DNA from: a virus
Lineage: Duplodnaviria > Caudoviricetes
IMG/VR virus record: IMGVR_UViG_3300038608_000019
Location: 1-39,196 of that record
Reading direction: 5' to 3' (one strand)
DNA length: 39,196 nucleotides
Shown here: in pieces, positions 36,201-39,196 of the stretch
Layout of the letters: each line of letters opens with the position of its first letter
Position numbering within the stretch: position 1 is the stretch's first letter
The notes under the pieces: model-generated
Database searches by the model: none
The model's input: the letters and a program-made list of their open reading frames with translations, nothing else
What the model was told of the DNA's origin: nothing
Made by a program: the position numbers and the translations under genes

Positions 36201-37153
36201 ACTATTTTTCTCTTGATGTTCAATTCGATGACAAAACTGAATTGTATTTACTTGAGACAGAAGCAATCGGACTCTCCGTGATGATTACGCTCTGGCAATT
36301 AATATATCAAAACGAAGGATATTTTATAACAAATTCAAATGATCTGCGGCTTTTAATTAAACGTAGGATAAATGTAAGCATAAATAACATAAATGAATGC
36401 ATTAATGCAATGTTAAGACGCGGAATTTTTGATAACGATCTTTGTAAAAAACACAATATTTTAACTTCTAAGGCCATACAGAAACGTTATTTTGATGCTG
36501 CCAAAAGAAAAAAAGAAGTGAGGGTCGTTAGGAATTTTATCTTAACAAACCTCGATCAATATGAAAACCTTGTAGATGTCAACATAAATGGGATAGATGT
36601 TGGAATAAATGCCATAGATGTTGGAATAAATGCCACAAAGGAAAAGGAAAAGGAAAAGGAAAAGGAAAAGGAAAAGGAAAAGGAAAACCAACTCAAAGCG
36701 AGTTCGAGGTTAAGCAACGGTGAATTAACCGTTAATGAACCGTTAGAAACAGCCGCCAACACTTCAGATAAAATTCCATACCAGGAAATAATAAATTATC
36801 TTAACGAAAAAACATCAAAGTCATTTCGATATACATCAAAAGAAACACAAACATTAATTAAGGCAAAAATAAAGGCTGGATTTACGGTGGACGACTTTTT
36901 TAGAGTTATCGACAATAAGGTCGCGAAATGGTTATTTGACCCAAAGATGGCTGAGTATTTAAGGCCCCAAACACTATTCGGGACAAAATTTGAGTCATAT
37001 CTGCAAGACATTCCGCTTCCACCACGAGCAAGCCCACAACAAAATACAATGTTTATCGATTGCCCATCATGCGGTAAAAGAGTGTCAAAACAATCTGAGT
37101 TAATTGAAGACGGCTGTATATGGTGTAAGCATGGAAAATCAGACAAAATATAA
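36173..37153 (+). CDS. replication initiator (DUF4373-like N-terminus, conserved phage C-terminal domain)
   Basis: GIDYFSLDV...LTSKAIQKRY; IINYLN.KT...YLRP.TLFG.KFESYL; upstream of DnaB. Confidence 0.85.
   Translation: MGRTTKQGIDYFSLDVQFDDKTELYLLETEAIGLSVMITLWQLIYQNEGYFITNSNDLRLLIKRRINVSINNINECINAMLRRGIFDNDLCKKHNILTSKAIQKRYFDAAKRKKEVRVVRNFILTNLDQYENLVDVNINGIDVGINAIDVGINATKEKEKEKEKEKEKEKENQLKASSRLSNGELTVNEPLETAANTSDKIPYQEIINYLNEKTSKSFRYTSKETQTLIKAKIKAGFTVDDFFRVIDNKVAKWLFDPKMAEYLRPQTLFGTKFESYLQDIPLPPRASPQQNTMFIDCPSCGKRVSKQSELIEDGCIWCKHGKSDKI
36573..36687 (+). repeat. putative origin: three 21-bp iterons followed by (GGAAAA)n
   Basis: tagatgttggaataaatgcca at 36594 and 36615, degenerate copy at 36573; hexamer tract encoding KEKEKE. 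Confidence 0.75.
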
Positions 37154-38483
37154 AGCATATGACGCGCATGCGTCACGGGTAATGCCGCACGACGAACAGG
37201 CTGAAATGGCTATTATCGGATCGATGTTATACGACAATGAGTGTATTGATAACGTACATTTATCTCCTGATGATTTTTACTCGACGGCAAATAAAATAAT
37301 ATTTACGGCAATTATGGATATTGTGAACAGTGGCCGTGTTGCTGATTTAGTAACGGTTTGCGAAGGTATTTCAACAGCAGGAAATATGAAAAAATGCGGT
37401 GGCCCGGCGTATATCTCTGAGACAATAGATGCTGTCATTTCTCCGGCATCTGTCGGATCATACGAGCAGATCGTCAGGGAAAAATCTATTGAGCGCCAGA
37501 TAATTGCGGAGTCTCAGAGAATGATTGAAGCTGTTTATGATCCATCAGAAAACAGCAAGACAAAACTCGAAGAAGCTCAAAAAACGATATTGAATTTATC
37601 GTTGACCAAAGGATCAGATACACTTCAAAACGCAAGAGAAATTTGCAAGAAAACATTCGCCGGGATTGAATATCGCTATCAAAACAAATTCTCCCTGATT
37701 GGGCATCCAACAGGACTTTGCGACTTGGATTCAGCAACTTCCGGACTGATTTCTGGTGACCTGATCATCATAGCAGGCCGCCCAGGCATGGGAAAGTCAG
37801 CGTTGGCCGATAATATCGCGGCAACGGTGGCAGCAAGTGGAGTATCGGTACTACTGTTTAGCTTGGAGATGCCGGCTGAATCTGTTATGACCAGGATCAT
37901 CTCTCGGGAGTCGGGGATCAATTCGCGAATCCTCAGAAGGGGGCAATTAGCCGAAACACAATGGTCATCAGCTGTCCATGCTACGGAATCAATATCGCAC
38001 TGGCCTATTTTTATAGACGACAGAGCAGATATTACACTTACGGAAATCAGGGCTAAAGCGCGTAAATTAAAAAAAGAACAGGGGTTGGGTCTTTTGATCG
38101 TCGATTACATTCAGCTTGTCTGCCCTGCTGGGAAACATGAAAGTCGGGAACAGGCAGTTGCAGAGATCAGCAGGACGCTAAAGGCGATTGCACGCGAATT
38201 AGCGATCCCAGTCATCGGGTTGAGCCAACTGAATCGTCAGGTTGACAGCAGGCCAAACAAGCGGCCAATGCTTTCCGATCTCAGGGAATCCGGTGCCATC
38301 GAGCAGGACGCGGATATTATAATATTTATTTATAGGGACGAAATTTATAACAAAGCAGAGGATAATCCACATCGGGGAATCGCGGAAATAGATATTGCCA
38401 AGCACCGCAACGGGGAAACAGGGCGGTTTGATGTCATTTTTGACGCACGGACGCAGCATTTCAAAAATAAGGCACGAATATAA
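37131..38483 (+). CDS. dnaB: replicative DNA helicase
   Basis: AGRPGMGKS, FSLEM, IVDYIQL, LSQLNR, DLRESGAIEQDAD, KHRNG. Confidence 0.97.
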   Translation: MENQTKYKAYDAHASRVMPHDEQAEMAIIGSMLYDNECIDNVHLSPDDFYSTANKIIFTAIMDIVNSGRVADLVTVCEGISTAGNMKKCGGPAYISETIDAVISPASVGSYEQIVREKSIERQIIAESQRMIEAVYDPSENSKTKLEEAQKTILNLSLTKGSDTLQNAREICKKTFAGIEYRYQNKFSLIGHPTGLCDLDSATSGLISGDLIIIAGRPGMGKSALADNIAATVAASGVSVLLFSLEMPAESVMTRIISRESGINSRILRRGQLAETQWSSAVHATESISHWPIFIDDRADITLTEIRAKARKLKKEQGLGLLIVDYIQLVCPAGKHESREQAVAEISRTLKAIARELAIPVIGLSQLNRQVDSRPNKRPMLSDLRESGAIEQDADIIIFIYRDEIYNKAEDNPHRGIAEIDIAKHRNGETGRFDVIFDARTQHFKNKARI

Positions 38484-38494
38484 GGAGGCCGACG

Positions 38495-38671
38495 ATGACG
38501 ATTGAAGAAAAAGAATTGTTGAAGCGTAGAATATACATGAAAAAACAACTAATTGAATTAACGCAAGATGAAATTAAGAAATTGGAAGAAGCTCTTGAAG
38601 AGCAGGAAGGGATGAACAATGACCGCACAAGAGAATGCCGCGATACTGCTTCTGGCCGAAGCGCTGAATAA
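38495..38671 (+). CDS. 58-aa coiled-coil hypothetical protein
   Basis: AAGGAGG RBS; MTIEEKELLKRRIY... Confidence 0.55.
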   Translation: MTIEEKELLKRRIYMKKQLIELTQDEIKKLEEALEEQEGMNNDRTRECRDTASGRSAE

Positions 38672-38739
38672 GTGAGGTGATCACGCCTGCCAGGTCCTTG
38701 CATCTGAATGGACGACTAAAAACGAAAGGAGGCAACCAC

Positions 38740-38847
38740 ATGAAAAACGTACTCAAAATAGCATTAGGGATACTTATAGCTGTACCACTCGCAATTGCAG
38801 GCTTTCTGTTGTTGTGTTATATTGCATATCGGTTTCCGATGCAATGA
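38740..38847 (+). CDS. 35-aa single-TM protein
   Basis: AAGGAGG RBS; MKNVLKIALGILIAVPLAIAGFLLLCYIAYRFPMQ; ATGA-coupled to HNH. Confidence 0.6.
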   Translation: MKNVLKIALGILIAVPLAIAGFLLLCYIAYRFPMQ

Positions 38848-39176
38848 AACCCCTTAAACCATGCAAGCATCCCGGCTGCCGGAAATTGTCGCAAACCGGC
38901 TACTGTGAAGAGCATCAAAAAGTGGTTGAAAAAAACTATAGAAACAGGCAAGATGAAAAACGGGGGACAGCTACGGAGCGGGGATATACTTGGAATTGGC
39001 ACAAAGTGAGAAACATGAAGCTGTCGGAGAATCCGCTATGTGAACGCTGTGAGAAGAACGGGAAGATAACCATTGCCGTGTTGGTGCATCATCGGGATCG
39101 TAATCCGAGAAACAATTTAGAAGACAACCTGGAAAGCTTATGTGGCATGTGCCATCAGGAAGAACACAAGGTTTAA
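38844..39176 (+). CDS. packaging-associated HNH endonuclease (HK97 gp74-like)
   Basis: KPCKHPGC...YCEEH, RGY...W.K.R...L..NPLCE.C, VHH.D...NL.SLC..CH. Confidence 0.9.
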   Translation: MKPLKPCKHPGCRKLSQTGYCEEHQKVVEKNYRNRQDEKRGTATERGYTWNWHKVRNMKLSENPLCERCEKNGKITIAVLVHHRDRNPRNNLEDNLESLCGMCHQEEHKV

Positions 39177-39196
39177 ATCCACGCGCCCACGCGGGG
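39171..39196 (-). CRISPR. type I-C-like CRISPR repeat, truncated by the window end
   Basis: Minus strand CCCCGCGTGGGCGCGTGGATTTAAAC matches the 3' 26 nt of the recalled I-C-type repeat GTCGCGCCCCGCGTGGGCGCGTGGATTGAAAC with one mismatch. Confidence 0.75.

Noticed and set aside
38619-38843. TGA recoding suggested by in-frame TGA here and at 34843
   Set aside because: TGA is used as a true stop in many ATGA overlaps across the genome, and long genes are intact in the standard code
39171-39196. cos site or terminal repeat closing the circle
   Set aside because: No overlap with the window start, and the sequence is better explained as a CRISPR repeat; cos is probably in the missing interval

Overview
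A near-complete (~39 kb) cos-type siphophage genome with an HK97-like head and lambda-like tail tip. It runs from terS to the packaging HNH; the HNH-terS intergenic region that normally holds cos is not in the window. Gene order: terS, terL, Xis-like HTH, portal, protease, capsid, decoration and neck genes, tail tube, frameshifted tail chaperone, tape measure, tail tip and fibres, lysis (two holin-like proteins and an M15 peptidase), a leftward early operon (ERF recombinase, HNH, C5-MTase-like gene, many small paralogous ORFs), a divergent sigma70 promoter pair, then a rightward operon (Cro-like HTH, N6/N4 MTase plus partner, radical SAM, NinG-like HNH, lipoprotein, initiator with iterons, DnaB, packaging HNH). 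I recognise no integrase, CI-like repressor or spanin. Main signals: (1) the last 26 nt match a type I-C-style CRISPR repeat at 25/26 positions, with no cas genes present, and the single mismatch creates the HNH stop codon; this suggests a phage mini-array or solitary repeat (Racr-like), or an assembly join to a host array. (2) At least two free-standing endonuclease genes appear to sit in the first codons of essential genes (terL, head-tail connector), leaving the old N-terminus upstream and supplying a replacement start. (3) Several translationally coupled mini-ORF scars, and a radical SAM gene bounded by a direct repeat. (4) A structured ~190-nt leader where a repressor gene would usually sit, and a tRNA-like element upstream of an HNH gene. 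Family calls come from motifs read by eye and from synteny; no searches were run.
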